A DNA stretch of 64,000 nt from Gemmatimonadota bacterium (GCA_039588295.1 JBDHAB010000014.1:1-64000), one strand, 5' to 3'; counted from the stretch's first letter, positions 1 to 12,800 are shown. Program-made: numbers and translations. Notes: generated by a model from the letters alone, not told the origin.

Positions 1-1917
1 GCCCGCGCCCCGGTAGTACGTCCGCATCTCCCTCGTGAAGAAGGTGTGGGTGTCCGGGTTGGTGGTGTCCTCTCCGGTGATGATGCAGCGGACCCACTTC
101 TGCGAGTCGACCGCAACCGTGGAGAGGGGCGTCGCCAGGGTGAACGTCTCGCTGCCGGCCCCGGTGCCCGTCGTCTGGGTCGTGGTCTCCTGCCACGCCG
201 AGCCGCCGCCTACCGCCTCCCAGACGGTTCCGGCCGAGGTACCTCCCGTCTTGTTGACGTAGAGGTCCGAGTCGATGCCGTCCCCGCGCAGGTAGAGGGA
301 CCCCGGGAACATCGACACGAACGTGTTGGGGTCCCTGGAACCGGTGCCGAACTGCACGACGTTGGCCGTGTTGGTGCCGGAAGCCGAGAGCTGGATGTAG
401 TGCGAGCCATCCCCGGTCCAGTCGGGGTCGAGGTCGAAGTAGCCGTCGTCGTCGGGGCCCGAGCCAAGGGTGATCTCGAAGATGCCGCCGTTGCCGGAGC
501 TCGATGCGGTACCCGTGTTGGCGATGAAACCACCTCCACCGGTGGTCCCGTCCGGAGCCGTCAGAAGGAACGAGCCACCGATGCCCGCATTGGTCGTGCC
601 GGCCGTCATGGCAATGGAGACGCCGGTGGCGTCCACCGATGCGCCCAGCGTGACGTTGAAACCTCCGCCGCCGGAACCCGAGGCGGTAGCGGACCCGGTG
701 TTGACGTTCCAGGAGCCTCCGCTGCCGACGGTCCCCCCTCCAGCCCCCATGTTCCAGGTAGCTGAACCACCAGCCCCCGATGCCCCACCGTCACCGAACG
801 CGGCCAAGATGCCGCCCCCGTTGCCCGTGGTGGAGCCGTCCCCGCCGGAGTACAGAATCCCTCCACCGGTGCCCACCCCCGCGAGGGCGCTCCCGAGGGA
901 GATGTCGAGGCCACCACCATCTCCGGCGGCCGAGCCGCCGTCGCCCGCGGAGATCTCGACGTCCACGGCGTCCGACGTGGCGACCGAAGCATCGATCCCG
1001 ATCAGGCTCGGACGGAACCTGTCCTGTTGGACGCGGTAAAGCTGACCAACCTCTTCGGCCGAGAGTTGCCGGTCATAGAAGATGACGACATCAAGGTCCC
1101 CTTCCCAAGCCTGCGTCCCACCCGTATTTCCGCCAACGAACAGGGTGTTGCCGCTGTCGCTTCCCACGGCCCCCGTGGGGTTCGTATCGACATCGATCGT
1201 GACGGAGGATGTGTTGACGTAGAAAGTAGGATCGTTGCTGAGCGACGCATCGTTGTAGACGACAACGATGTGATACCACTGTCCTACTTCCAGAGCCCCG
1301 CTGGAGGTCCAAATCCCCTGAGTGGTGGCTCCCCGCAAGAAGGTGAGGTTGACGGCGGTTCCCGTCTGCGTGTCAACGCGGAGCGTCCACCCCTCGGTCG
1401 TGGTGTCGTCGGCGGTCGTAGCGATGATTCCGCCGGCCCCGAAACCATCGCTCTCGGGGCGCACCCAAACACTGAGGGTTCCTCCGGCGGACCCTGTTGC
1501 GCCGAATACGTCCTCAGTCTCACTGGCAACGACGGTGCCGAAATTGACATCATCGGTAGCTACGTTGTAGTTGAAGTGACCGTTGACGATCTGGACGCCG
1601 TTGATCGTGCCGACCGTTGCATTGATCAGATCGGTCCAATCAGTTCCGGTGCCGGTGTAGGAGCTCCGGTCCCCCGCGTCCACGTAGAACGTGTTGCCGT
1701 TGTAGAGGATGCCCTCTCGACCAGCAGCGCCTCCGCCAGTTGCCAGCGCGTCCCATGTAGAAGTGGAAGCCGCGACACCCGTGCAGTAGTACCAGTTGCT
1801 CTGGTCTTCAGCCCACCCTACTTGCTCAACAACAATACCATCGTCTGAACCGTTGCCCGTTAGGTCGGTCAGGAGATCCGCCCAAACGAAAACGCCTTGT
1901 GAAATGACGATAGCCAT
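1..1917 (-). CDS. Partial virion/tail-fiber-like protein with LamG-like domain and Gly-rich repeats (runs off left edge)
   Basis: ATG at 1917 after GAAGGA; translates MAIVISQGVFVW...YVDAGDRSSYTGTGTDWTDL, like the adjacent gene; absent from the ORF track presumably because no stop lies in the window. Confidence 0.75.
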   Translation of the reverse strand, partial: MAIVISQGVFVWADLLTDLTGNGSDDGIVVEQVGWAEDQSNWYYCTGVAASTSTWDALATGGGAAGREGILYNGNTFYVDAGDRSSYTGTGTDWTDLINATVGTINGVQIVNGHFNYNVATDDVNFGTVVASETEDVFGATGSAGGTLSVWVRPESDGFGAGGIIATTADDTTTEGWTLRVDTQTGTAVNLTFLRGATTQGIWTSSGALEVGQWYHIVVVYNDASLSNDPTFYVNTSSVTIDVDTNPTGAVGSDSGNTLFVGGNTGGTQAWEGDLDVVIFYDRQLSAEEVGQLYRVQQDRFRPSLIGIDASVATSDAVDVEISAGDGGSAAGDGGGLDISLGSALAGVGTGGGILYSGGDGSTTGNGGGILAAFGDGGASGAGGSATWNMGAGGGTVGSGGSWNVNTGSATASGSGGGGFNVTLGASVDATGVSIAMTAGTTNAGIGGSFLLTAPDGTTGGGGFIANTGTASSSGNGGIFEITLGSGPDDDGYFDLDPDWTGDGSHYIQLSASGTNTANVVQFGTGSRDPNTFVSMFPGSLYLRGDGIDSDLYVNKTGGTSAGTVWEAVGGGSAWQETTTQTTGTGAGSETFTLATPLSTVAVDSQKWVRCIITGEDTTNPDTHTFFTREMRTYYRGAG

Positions 1918-1932
1918 AAGCTAGTCCTTCAC

Positions 1933-3888
1933 CTACGAGGTGAGGCCCCCTTCTTGTCGCTCGTACCAAAAAGAGTGCTGCCAGTTCTCGCCAGAGTTAC
2001 CGGTGATGTTGAGATCGATCTGGCTAACACTCGTAGCCACCGCATGAACGACGGTGCTCCCGGTTCCGGTGTTCGCAGTGGCAACTGTGGCGCTACTTAC
2101 CGACGTGGTACCGCCCGTCCGACGACCGAACACCGTGATCTCCGTGAATAGGAAGTTATCGCCCGTGTCCCGCTGGGAGTGGACGTAGACCTTGATCATC
2201 ACCGTGTGTTGGTCGGTGGTCAGGTCAAACAGAGTATTAGCCGAGAGCGTCGCGTCCGCAGTCGCGTCGTGACCGGTAAAGCGTTCCAACGCTTCGCCCG
2301 GGGAACCAACAGCACCGCCGAAACCGGTCGTGGTGCGCTCCGTGAACCCTCCGACGTACACTCGCTTGTGCTGGTTGTCGCGGTCGGTCTCCTCGTCCTG
2401 AACCGTGGAGTCCGACCAGATGGTGGCGCCGTTGTGGTTACACTTGGACTGTCGGCCTGCGGCGTTGCCGAAGTCGGCGCCCTCCACCACATTCTGATAA
2501 CCGCCCTCCACCCAAGAGTACGAGGAATCCGTGGTGATGCCGATGCCGTTCTGCTGTCCGCCAAGGATGGAGGAGTACAGAGCCAGTTCGATGTTGTTGT
2601 CTCGACCGCCGCCGACGACAGTGTACTCCGCGGTGGAGATGTGACCGCTCTTGCCGATGACGTTGGAGCGACCTCCGCCCATGAAGGCGTAGGTCCCGTT
2701 CCCGTAAATGACGTTCTGGAACCCGCAGACCATGCCGGCATAGGAGGGAACGACCGTGTTGCTCGTCCCGCCAACGATGCAATTCTCGTCGCCGCCACCA
2801 ATGGTATTGCTGGCGCCACCGCCGATGACCCCGGCACCGCACGAGCTGGAGACGGTGTTGTTGGTGCCGCCCGCTATCACGGAGCCGTCGCAATTGCTTC
2901 CAATCGTCCCGTCGCGGCCGGACAGCAGTGCGGCGTAGTCCGTGTTCGTGCCGGTGATGCCTTTGCCCGATGCAGTCTGCGCTTGGAAATTGATACAGCC
3001 GGAGTTGCCGTCCGCGACGCTCGGCTGGCCCAGGCCGGCTGCACGGATCAGATGGCTGGATCCCCCGAGGCCACCGTTGGGTTGCATGGTCACAACACCG
3101 GGCACGCTTCCGCGCCGGCCCATCCGTGTGATGACTGTGTTGTGGACCTGAAGGATTTCTTCCGCGGTCAGGATGCGATCCCAAATGAGGGTCACCTGTG
3201 ACTGACCATCCATGGCTTCGCTGCCCCCGTTGATATTTCCAATCACCAGGTCTTCCGAGGCATCGCTGCCAAGCGCGGAAGGGTTGGTCCCCGTCGGTGT
3301 CCCGGTGAACAGCCCGTTGGTGTAAAACGTGGGGTCGTTGGACAACACCGTTTCATCGTAAGTGACGGCAACACTGCCGTATGAAAAGCCGCCCCCGGTG
3401 GTGACCGCACTACCCCGCGGCAACGCGCCGGAACTGTTCCAAGAGCCATCTGTCCCCCCGCCAGACCTGCGGATGAACCGGGGCTGCACACCAGTCGCAC
3501 TGAACGCGGTGACGCCGTACAACAGCCATCCTTCCGTCTGCGCTGCGCTTTCGGTCGCAACAAAACGTCCGGAACCGCCGTCCCCGGGTGCGTCTGTTTG
3601 AACAAAGGTCATCAAGGTAGCGCCACCCAAAAACACGTCAGTCAGTGTGGAACTTTTCGTGAAACTGACCCCCTTGGAACCCGTACCGTCAATCTGGAAG
3701 GCACCTCCGGCCACCACGGCACCACCGTCCAGGGTGCCATTGGTGGCGAAGCCAGAGATGTCGGTAACGGTCGTACCGGTCCCTGCGTAGGAATTGGAAT
3801 CGGCCGCATCCACGTAGAAGATGATGCTGTCTGCGTGGGGGAGCCCAGGGATCCCAAGTTCACCTGCGGTGACTCTGATGATGGTCAT
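1933..3888 (-). CDS. Virion structural protein, LamG/concanavalin-like domain plus GGGxxN repeats
   Basis: 651 aa; YVDAADSNSYAGTGTTVTDIS and IWDRILTAEEILQ LamG-type motifs; repeated IGGGxxN. Confidence 0.7.
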   Translation of the reverse strand: MTIIRVTAGELGIPGLPHADSIIFYVDAADSNSYAGTGTTVTDISGFATNGTLDGGAVVAGGAFQIDGTGSKGVSFTKSSTLTDVFLGGATLMTFVQTDAPGDGGSGRFVATESAAQTEGWLLYGVTAFSATGVQPRFIRRSGGGTDGSWNSSGALPRGSAVTTGGGFSYGSVAVTYDETVLSNDPTFYTNGLFTGTPTGTNPSALGSDASEDLVIGNINGGSEAMDGQSQVTLIWDRILTAEEILQVHNTVITRMGRRGSVPGVVTMQPNGGLGGSSHLIRAAGLGQPSVADGNSGCINFQAQTASGKGITGTNTDYAALLSGRDGTIGSNCDGSVIAGGTNNTVSSSCGAGVIGGGASNTIGGGDENCIVGGTSNTVVPSYAGMVCGFQNVIYGNGTYAFMGGGRSNVIGKSGHISTAEYTVVGGGRDNNIELALYSSILGGQQNGIGITTDSSYSWVEGGYQNVVEGADFGNAAGRQSKCNHNGATIWSDSTVQDEETDRDNQHKRVYVGGFTERTTTGFGGAVGSPGEALERFTGHDATADATLSANTLFDLTTDQHTVMIKVYVHSQRDTGDNFLFTEITVFGRRTGGTTSVSSATVATANTGTGSTVVHAVATSVSQIDLNITGNSGENWQHSFWYERQEGGLTS

Positions 3889-4754
3889 ACGATGTACCAG
3901 TCCGTTCCGTCATACTGATAAAGCAGAGCGATGCCATCACCGGTCACGGACACGGTGGCAGACATGGCAAAACCACCAGGGTCTTCGACATCCCCTCCGT
4001 TGCCATCCAACGTGATCCCGATGCCCGAGTTCGTAAGATCTACGTTCTTGATCCCCACCAGATCTCCAACGGTCGCGGTGCCAGGCATATCGATGATGAA
4101 GGTCCCTCCCACTGGATCGTATTTTTGGTAGTCGCCGACGGCCAACGTGGCGGCCGTCGTCAAAGTCGTGTTCGTAAGAATCGGGTAAGTCCCGGCCGTC
4201 GCGCCGCCCCCGGCTACACCCCCGGCGAGTGTGTTGGACGTGAGGTAGCAGATCGTCCAGTCGATCGTGGTGGCGGCCTCACCCGTGACGGTGACAACGA
4301 TGTCGCTTCCTGAAACCGCCAGCGTGGCGGTCGCGGTCGTCAGCCCACGCCGACGCTCCAACCCGTTGTCCTCGATCGTCCAAAAGGCGACCCCGGCATC
4401 GTTGTAAAACGTCCAAAATTGTCGGCGGAAATACGTGTTGCTCGCGCCGTTGTCAGCTTTGATCAAAACACAAGCGGGGGTCTGCTCCCCCGCCGCGAGG
4501 CTCGACAGGACCGTGACGTTTGTCGGAGTCGCGTCTGTGGTCTGCTGTGTAGCGCAAGCCCACGACCGTCCGGTAAGGATGAAATCCGTCCCCGCATCGT
4601 CCGTGAACATCGGGAGATTGGGCGCATCGTCCCGCACCCAATACATGCCAAAACCCGCGGCCGGAACGGAGGGAACCGTTGAGGATTCCGTATGCTCGGC
4701 GCCCGCGCCAACCTGAAGTTTAACAAAGTTAAACCGCCACGGAGTGCTAGACAT
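3885..4754 (-). CDS. Putative tail-fiber-associated structural protein
   Basis: C-terminal GDLVGIKNVD..ITLDGNG..LLYQYDGTDWYI resembles phage fiber repeats; stop overlaps next start. Confidence 0.6.
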   Translation of the reverse strand: MSSTPWRFNFVKLQVGAGAEHTESSTVPSVPAAGFGMYWVRDDAPNLPMFTDDAGTDFILTGRSWACATQQTTDATPTNVTVLSSLAAGEQTPACVLIKADNGASNTYFRRQFWTFYNDAGVAFWTIEDNGLERRRGLTTATATLAVSGSDIVVTVTGEAATTIDWTICYLTSNTLAGGVAGGGATAGTYPILTNTTLTTAATLAVGDYQKYDPVGGTFIIDMPGTATVGDLVGIKNVDLTNSGIGITLDGNGGDVEDPGGFAMSATVSVTGDGIALLYQYDGTDWYIV

Positions 4755-5159
4755 CAGCACCTTCCGGGATCGAGGTAGACTTTGTTTGCGAAGGGGTCAG
4801 CATCGCCGCGCGTTCCTATCCAGGGGGGCCGATAGGCGGATTACGGCAGCAGCCATCGAGCTCGTTCGACAGCGGCCTTACCGGGCCCGGCACACCATGA
4901 AATTCTGTGAAAAGGACGCTCCGGATGCGGCACGTTCAGGCGCTCTCACCCAGGCCACCCCATAGGCAAATTGTGGATGACGCACGCAAAAAGGGACTGA
5001 AGGCGCCCTGGAAGGGGTTAGCGCGCCAGCACCGCATTTTCCGCCTATAGCGCTCCCCAGATGGGGCTACGGGAGTTTTTCGTAGTTGATCGGAGCCAGA
5101 TCAGGCACTTCGTGTAAAATTCGCAGGCCCTCCGTGTATGGTTTGGAGGCTACGTTTTG

Positions 5160-5809
5160 ATGAAACCTGTACTTTTCTCGTATCTACTGGCACTCGGGCT
5201 CACCGCCTGCGGCGGAGATCTCAGTCCGACGATTGGTGAAAATACCGGATTGGCCACGGATACGATGGAGGGCACCGGGACTGATACGGACGCTGACACG
5301 GACGCTGACACGGACGCTGACACGACACCGGAACTGACACTGGCGAGCCCATGGACAACCCGGGCCCTGGAGAGATTTGCGATCCATTCCTCGCCCTCGA
5401 TGGCACCGCTCCATGCGACGGCGACCCCGAGGAGCCCTGGGCTGAGTTCACATGCGTCCCCGTACGGACTGAACCGCTACCGAATCAGTTCCAGTGGGAT
5501 TTTCGGTGCGTGCAAATGTACGACACACAGGGGGACGGCCACGACCTCGGGGACGCCTGTAGTGACGCCGGAGGATACCTCTACCAGGGCTGCATGAACA
5601 CTTCATGCACCGACAACGGCTACGGCCAGGGCCCCGCTCCCATCAACCACCCTCCCGGAGAATGCCCGTTCGAAGACGAAAACAACTCCAACATCCAGGG
5701 CTGCTGCACACCCTTCTGCGACGCGGATAACCCCTGCGATCCAGGGTGGTTCTGCGCCATGAACTTCGTCCCCCTTGACGGCTACGGCTCTTGCATCTGG
5801 AACGGGTGA
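5160..5809 (+). pseudogene. Myxobacterial-type Cys-rich lipoprotein split by a 1-nt frameshift near 5324
   Basis: Lipobox LTAC plus DT repeats in one frame; Cys-rich domain (ICDPF...CCTPFCD) in another; restoring one G gives ...DTDTGTDTGEPMDNPG. Confidence 0.65.
5281..5324 (+). repeat. 12-bp tandem repeat CTGACACGGACG, about 3.5 copies
   Basis: Directly visible; encodes DTDA. Confidence 0.85.
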
Positions 5810-5814
5810 TCAAC

Positions 5815-6603
5815 ATGCGACATATTTTCACGATCCTTTTAGCTCTCGGACTCGCCGGCTGTGCGGGGGAATTCAACCCCACGCTTGGAGGCTCCATGAC
5901 GGGTCTCGATACTGACACCGACACCGGAGACGACGGCACGGACACCGACGATCCAACGGGCAGCACCGGAGACGATACGGACACGGATACAGACGGCACC
6001 GGAGAGACGGGGGTCCCTGACGACTGTGGAGACGGAGAAGCCCAAGGCATGGAGGAGTGCGATGGACTCGATCTTCGCGGAGCCGAGTGCAACTCCTTTT
6101 CAGCTCCAGAAAATGGGAACTACAGCGGCGGCCAGCTCGCCTGCAACGACGACTGCACCCTCAGCTACAACACCTGCACCTACTGCGGCGACGGCATGAA
6201 GAACTCACCGTCCGAGGAGTGCGACGGCGCCGACATGGGAGCCAACACCTGCGAAGAAGAAGGCTTCGACGGGGGTGACCTGGAGTGTGATGAACAGTGC
6301 GGTCTCGTGATGGCGGCGTGCGAAGACTGCGAAGGCGACGAAGCAGGCATGTACGGGAAAGCCAACGTCGGCTGCCAAGGGGGCTACTCCGGCAACGGAT
6401 ACAACGGATGCGTGGTGTCCTGCGAAGACGACTCCGATTGCGTCGATCCCGACCTGGCGATCTGCGCAAACCAACCGGTCTGCCACATCCAAGAAAACAA
6501 CGCCGATCTGTGCAAGATTTTCTGCGATATGGACGAAGACTGCCCGAACGGCATGGTCTGCGGGGAGACGCTGTACGGCGTCATCTGCACATGGGAGTCC
6601 TAG
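5815..6603 (+). CDS. Myxobacterial-type Cys-rich lipoprotein
   Basis: Lipobox LAGC, DT-rich linker, CGDG..EECDG repeats. Confidence 0.75.
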   Translation: MRHIFTILLALGLAGCAGEFNPTLGGSMTGLDTDTDTGDDGTDTDDPTGSTGDDTDTDTDGTGETGVPDDCGDGEAQGMEECDGLDLRGAECNSFSAPENGNYSGGQLACNDDCTLSYNTCTYCGDGMKNSPSEECDGADMGANTCEEEGFDGGDLECDEQCGLVMAACEDCEGDEAGMYGKANVGCQGGYSGNGYNGCVVSCEDDSDCVDPDLAICANQPVCHIQENNADLCKIFCDMDEDCPNGMVCGETLYGVICTWES

Positions 6604-6607
6604 GCCG

Positions 6608-6865
6608 CTACTCGTCCCAACCGGATAGGTCGAACTTCATGTAGACGACGCCACCTTCATCCTTGGCAAGACCAAGGGTGATGAGATCGGTGTCGCAGCC
6701 CATTGCAGCGGGGTCCACGTTCTCTTTTCCAAGACGCGGCCACGCACTCTGAGCGGTCTCCTGCGCGCGTGCACTGTTGATGGCAGCCTTGCGCGCGAGA
6801 CTCTGAAAAACGCGACAGTAGGCGCTGGGCTTGATGTCAGGGATCGGTGAAATCACGACGGCCAT
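6608..6865 (-). CDS. Hypothetical protein
   Basis: 85 aa, AGGAG RBS, follows giant gene. Confidence 0.55.
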   Translation of the reverse strand: MAVVISPIPDIKPSAYCRVFQSLARKAAINSARAQETAQSAWPRLGKENVDPAAMGCDTDLITLGLAKDEGGVVYMKFDLSGWDE

Positions 6866-6874
6866 GAGGTTCTC

Positions 6875-9800
6875 CTACGTGAACGCCACCCAGTGGATAG
6901 TGATGGGACCAGCGCCCGGAGGCGGCGGGAAAATATCGAACGTGAAGCCTGCGCCACCGTTCGACCCTGTGATGACGAACGCCGTCATGGCCGCTGCGGG
7001 GAACTCCGCAGGAGTCGCCTCGACGGTCAGTTGAATACTTCGGGCTGCATGCCCGACCGGCAATGGAGATGTATACAGAATGGGCGTCGGCCCAGGCCAT
7101 GGACCAGCCGGGATCGTGATCGACCCAAACTTGAGGGCCGGCGCATCGTCATCGAGAGCATCGTCATTCCCGGCAGCACCGAGCGTGATCTTGCCGCCCG
7201 CAGGCCCGGGACCGGCTCCCGGAGTGGCCGGAGCTCCGGCCCCGATGACCACGTCACCAGGAAGACCGTCCGCTGCCGTACCACCCCCGCCGTCTCCGGC
7301 AAAGACAGTGACGATGCCACCCGCTCCGCCAGTCTCGGTTCCAATACCGATGCCACCAGCACCCGCAATGAAGGTGACATCGCCTCCCGCACCGCCTTCA
7401 ATGTCATTGGCGATACCGTCGCCACCGTCTCCGGCATCGAACAGAACTTCACCACCGGCACCCGCAACGCTGGGCACGCCAGCGATACCCGAGGAATCTC
7501 CACCATCTCCGTTGGAGACGAGGAAACCTCCACCCAGACCGCCGGTGGCGGTCCCTGCCACCGTTGCAACGGCATCACCACCACCTCCAGGAGCGAAGGC
7601 AAAATGACCACCGGCGCCTCCTACGCCGCCGTCGCGTCCCGTACCGACGCCACCGAATCCAAGAGCTCCCTCGAAGTCACCGCCAGCACCACCGGTTCCG
7701 GTGCCCGTCGTGATAGCGGTGCCGTCGGCACCAAATCCTCCGACGAAAGCATAACTTCCACCGGCGCCACCGGTTCCTCCATCGACACCCGTACCATCGC
7801 CACCTCCGCCACCGGCGAGCGCGACACCGCCACCGAGTGCACCGACACCCGTTCCGCTGGTGACCGCGATCCCGATCCCACCGTCACCGAGAACGGCCGT
7901 GAAATCACCGCCAACTCCAGCCGTGGCGCCCGCAAATCCAGTGCCGTTTCCGCCTGGACCAGTGAGAACATCCCAAGATCCACCGTCACCGGCCGTCGCC
8001 GTCCCGGAAGCAATAGAGATTGCGTCGCCACCAGGCCCCGTGAAGGTCGTGGACACACCGCCGTCTCCAGCGACACCTCCGTCCACTCCGGTTCCGTCTC
8101 CACCGCTGCCGAGGAGCACGGCAAGATCACCCGCCGCGCGTCCCGTACCGATTCCAGAAGCGACGGCCGTCCCATCACCACCGGCGCCGCTGAAGAAAGA
8201 GAGGTCCCCACCGAACCCACCAAGACCAGCAGTCGTTCCGACACCGTCTCCACCGATTCCGAGCAACGCCGCGAAATCTCCACTGTCTCCGCCGCGCCCT
8301 TCTCCGGCACTGTGATTCCCGTCACCTCCGGACCCACCGAAAAAGATGATGTCGGTCCCGTTACCAGCGTTGTTGGGGGAAGCACCCTCATCAGCGGCGC
8401 CGCCGTTGCCTCCAAGGAAGTTGAAGGTTCCTGCAGCACCGCCATCGCCCGTCAGGTTGAGGCCGCCGCTACCGGAGAACAGAAGAAGATCAGCGCCATC
8501 GCCACCGTCAATGACACCGGCTCCAGCGCTTCCGTCAATACCTGAGCCCACAGACACGCTTGCGCCGACGTAAGTGGTACCCGCTCGTCCGCCCACCCCT
8601 GCCGTGACGGATCCAGGCGCGATGCCCACGTCGCCACCAGCCGTTCCAACACCGCCAACGGTCTCGTCACCCGCAACGACGTCTACGGAACCACCAGTTC
8701 CGGTACCGAGATCCTCACCGCGGATCTTGTCGCCATCGGTGAACTCGATATCGTTGCCGTTGGTGATGTCCCCCGCACCGAGAACATCCTCCAAAGGCGA
8801 AATGCCACCGCCTCCACCACCAAGCCCGACCACGGAATCGACCACGTCGGCACGCGTGATGATGCTGGAGAAGTAGAAATCCAGCGTTCGAGGCGTCGTA
8901 GAAACGGCACTCGCCAACCCGACGAACGGCCGCGTGGCAAGCGATAGATCAGGAAGTACGAACCCTACATCCGGCTCTGTGTGCGTTGCCAGACCGCCAT
9001 TGGAGATTGTAACGCCATCGGAGTCGAACACCGTGAAGGTGACATCTCCGCTGGAAGCACTCGCATCGATCTGGAGATAATGAACGAGCCCATCATTGGG
9101 GAGGGCAAACACGTTCACCATCGCCCCACCGGAACCCTGAGCGATAAACTCAAAGGTGACTCCGCCGAGGGACTGGTACAGGCCCATGTATTGCAGTCCG
9201 CCCACGGGGGCAGGTGATGCAAGCATCGTGGCGGGGGTCGTCAGAGAGGCATCATCGGTGAACCCGATGAAAATACGTTCATCTGTGTGGGCCGGGGAGG
9301 AGCTCTGGAACTTGAAAAGAGCCTTGAACTGTTGGTCCCGACTGATCGTCAGATCCGCAGTGGACTCGTATGCCTGCGCTCCAGCGACTGCGCCCAACGA
9401 CAGAACCAAAAGAGGACCGTCAGGATCAGTTCCGAACGTGATCGCGCCCGGAGGATCAACGTCGAAGTTGACGGAGCCGCCGTAGACGCCGTAGCTCTCG
9501 GGGCCACCAATCGGGTTGCCCGGACCCATGAACCCGTAACCGGAAATCAGCAGCGCATCGAGGAACCCGAGACCACCACCGATGGCCGTGGAGAGGTTCA
9601 GATCACCACCGGTGTTCGTGAAGATCAGTTCGCCGGAGTTGTTGACCCAGATGCCGCCTTCGCTGCCCGCTGGCGTGAAAGGCACCACCCCCGAGCTCGA
9701 CATCAAGAGCCCAGGCGGATCAATCATGCCGCCGACAGTCAGCTTGCCGCTGATGTCCACATCACCGACGACGAGGAGCTTACCGTCCACCCCGCCGCCG

Positions 9801-12800
9801 TTACCGATCCCGAGCGACACGATGAAGCTGCCACCGTCCCCACCACCAGCTCCACCGGCTCCGGTCGTGTACAGAACGCCGCCACCGTTGCCCGTGCCGT
9901 CACCAGCACCCGTGATGACGTTGAAACGACCACCGGCAGCGCCGCTACCGACGCCTCCCGATCCGGTCGTGAAATTAACGGCTCCCGCGAAACTGCCGAT
10001 GCCGGGGCCGCTGTCGCCCGCCGTCAAACTCCAGATACCGCCGGAGCCGGTGCCAGCGCCGTCACCCAAGGCGGTGAGGATGCTGCCCCCCGAACCTCCG
10101 CCAGGACCGCCGGGCCCCAGAGTGATGCTCAGGTCCCCACCGTCGCCGGTGCCGGCACCCCCTCCCGTCGCCATGACGAGATTGCCGGCTCCTCCGATGC
10201 CCGCTGGATCAGGCGCGCCACCCGTGAAAAGGATGTCGCCTCCAGCCCCGCCTCCGCCCGTTGAAGTACCGCCCGCGAGGGACAGGTCAACACCCGAGCC
10301 TGCACCGCTGTCGTCACCTTGAATGGTGAGGCCACCCGTTTCGCGGCCAAATCCAAGAACGGATGCGAGGTCTTGGTTTCCTCCACCGCCCCCGATAGCT
10401 CCCAGGAGATCAGCACGCGTGATGCATGTGACCGACCAGATCGACATGAATCGGGCGACCGCATCGCGGGACCTGACGGCAGCCATGTGGCTGAGGAGTG
10501 TCGCGGGGGACGGCAACTGCGCGTTGAACGTCGTCGCCGCCAGCAAATTCCGATCCACGTCGTACAGACTCAGGGTGATGGCACCAACCACCGTCGAATC
10601 GATGTCGATCCAAAACGCGGTTGATCCCGAGGGAAGGATCCCCGTGTCCACCGTGAGCGGTGCCCCGGACGCGTTGTCCGTGACGAAGTGAAGGTTGATC
10701 TGGCCCTGATCGTCGACGAGCTGGACGCCCACGTAGTCTTCATTCGGCGTCCCAGGGAAAGCGAGCTGATCCGCGAAAGGTGTGCCGCCGCTGGCCGTGG
10801 TGAGGCCAGCGAACATGTTGTAAGCGCCTCCAACCCCCGTCACGAATTTGATGGACGTGAAGTACTTCGAATCGTCGGCTACGGTCGAACCGGTAATCTG
10901 CAGCCCCGCATCGCTGTCAGCGACTCCTAGCGTGACATAGCTGGCCTGGACACCGTTGAGAGTTGAGACGGTGGTGCCCGGTCCTGGGGAAGGCTCCAGT
11001 GGCGGGACAGTCCCGAAAAAACCTGTGATGTTAGGAAGACCGCCCCCGATGGGAACGGCACCGGTGTCGATGGCCACCCACTGACCGAACTGCATCTGTG
11101 CAAAGGCTTCGGCGAAAGTGCCACCGCCTCCACCACCCCCGGGCTGGAAACTGAGCTGCCCAGCGCCGTTCGTCGTAAGTACCTGGCCGGCGACCCCATC
11201 AGCTTCAGGCCAAAGAAGACCGTCGATGATGACGGCGTTGCCCCCGGCCACGGCGGGGTCGAGAGTCAGATTGCCGTCCGACGTGATCCGGGACCCGAGA
11301 CTGTCCTCGACGACGATCGGCAGATTACCCGTGGTGTTACCCGCCACCAGGATCGTATCGAGCGGAGCTCCACCGAAGCCAACCGCGTTCACCCACTGAA
11401 GGGCTCCGTTGAGCATCAGGACTTCGCCGGGCGCAGGCGCAGCGATGGTCACATCCGTCAGGTCATTGAGCGCCGTGGCCCCACCACCGGTGGTGATGTT
11501 GTTGTCCCCGTCGGAGTTCGTGTAGATCAGTTGGCCGCTTGGGCCCGTGTTATCGACCCACAGGGTCCCCTGGCTGGCATTGGGAATGACCTCCGGAGGA
11601 ATGATGGCCTGTCCCTCCAAAAGGAGGGCGGTCGGATCGATCGCACCCGTGACCGTCAACTTGCCGTTGACGATGACCGCACCGTTGCCGAGACCGCCGG
11701 TGCCCGGCGTGAGGCTGATGTCGCCTCCCAACGCAGCAGCGTCAGAGGTGTCGCCCGCCGCCACCGTGATGTTCGAGCCAGCGCCGCTTGTCGAGTCCCC
11801 AACGGAAACGATGATTGTGCCGCCCGTACCGTTACCCGCCGTACCGGTCGCGATCCCGAGGAACCCCGTGTTACCGGCAATGGCATCTCCGGTTCGGATG
11901 TTGAGGAACCCCGAATCACCGGCATTTATCCCGCCGTCTCCGGTCGAGAGTTCTACCCTCCCAGAGTTTCCGTCGAGATTCACGTCGAATGTCTCGACGA
12001 TGATGTCGCCCGTATCTCCCGTAGCCCCAGAGGCTTCACCAGAGAAGATCAGGACATCACCACCGGTCACGCCAGCAAGCGACGTACTGCCGCCCTTCAT
12101 GACGATCGTGCCCGTGGTCGTAGCCGGGTTCGGAACAGTGGTGCCCGGAGCGATCAGGACGCTGCCTTGGGTGCCGCTGACCGCAAGAACACCAGTGGTG
12201 ATGAGAACGTCACCGGTGGTTCCGGTTTCGGCGTTTCCGCTGAGCAAACTGAGGTCACCGGTGTCGCCACTACCCGCTGTGAAGCCGGTGCCGACGATGG
12301 TTGTCCCGGTATCGCCAGTAGAGGGGCCATCAAACTGCCCACCGCTCAACATCTGGAGGGTGTTCGTGTTGCCGGAACCCCCGACGAAGATACGGCCAGC
12401 ACTCCCGATCGCCATGAAGCCGGTGTCGTTGCCGGCGAGGCTCGTGAACCCACTGAATACGTTGACGTTGGCGCCGTCACCACCGTTGCCGTCAAGTTCT
12501 CCAGCGATGCCGAAACTGTTACGGAAAACGATGTTGTTGAGGCCCGACTCGTTGCCGTTGATCAGGACTTCGGCGAGAGTCAGCCCACCGGTAGCCACTC
12601 CAGCGCCGTCCGCAACGGTGCCTTTTTGGTTGACGACCGTGGAGTGCCCGACAAATACATTTCCGCCACCGGGGTTGATGCGCCGGCTCCCGATGATCAT
12701 GCCCATATTGACGAGGGCGCCAGGAACGGAGGTGCTGAGGGTGTTCGACGAAAGGAGATTGAGGCTTTCGTCGAAAATGAAAAACTGGATGGTCGGGTAC

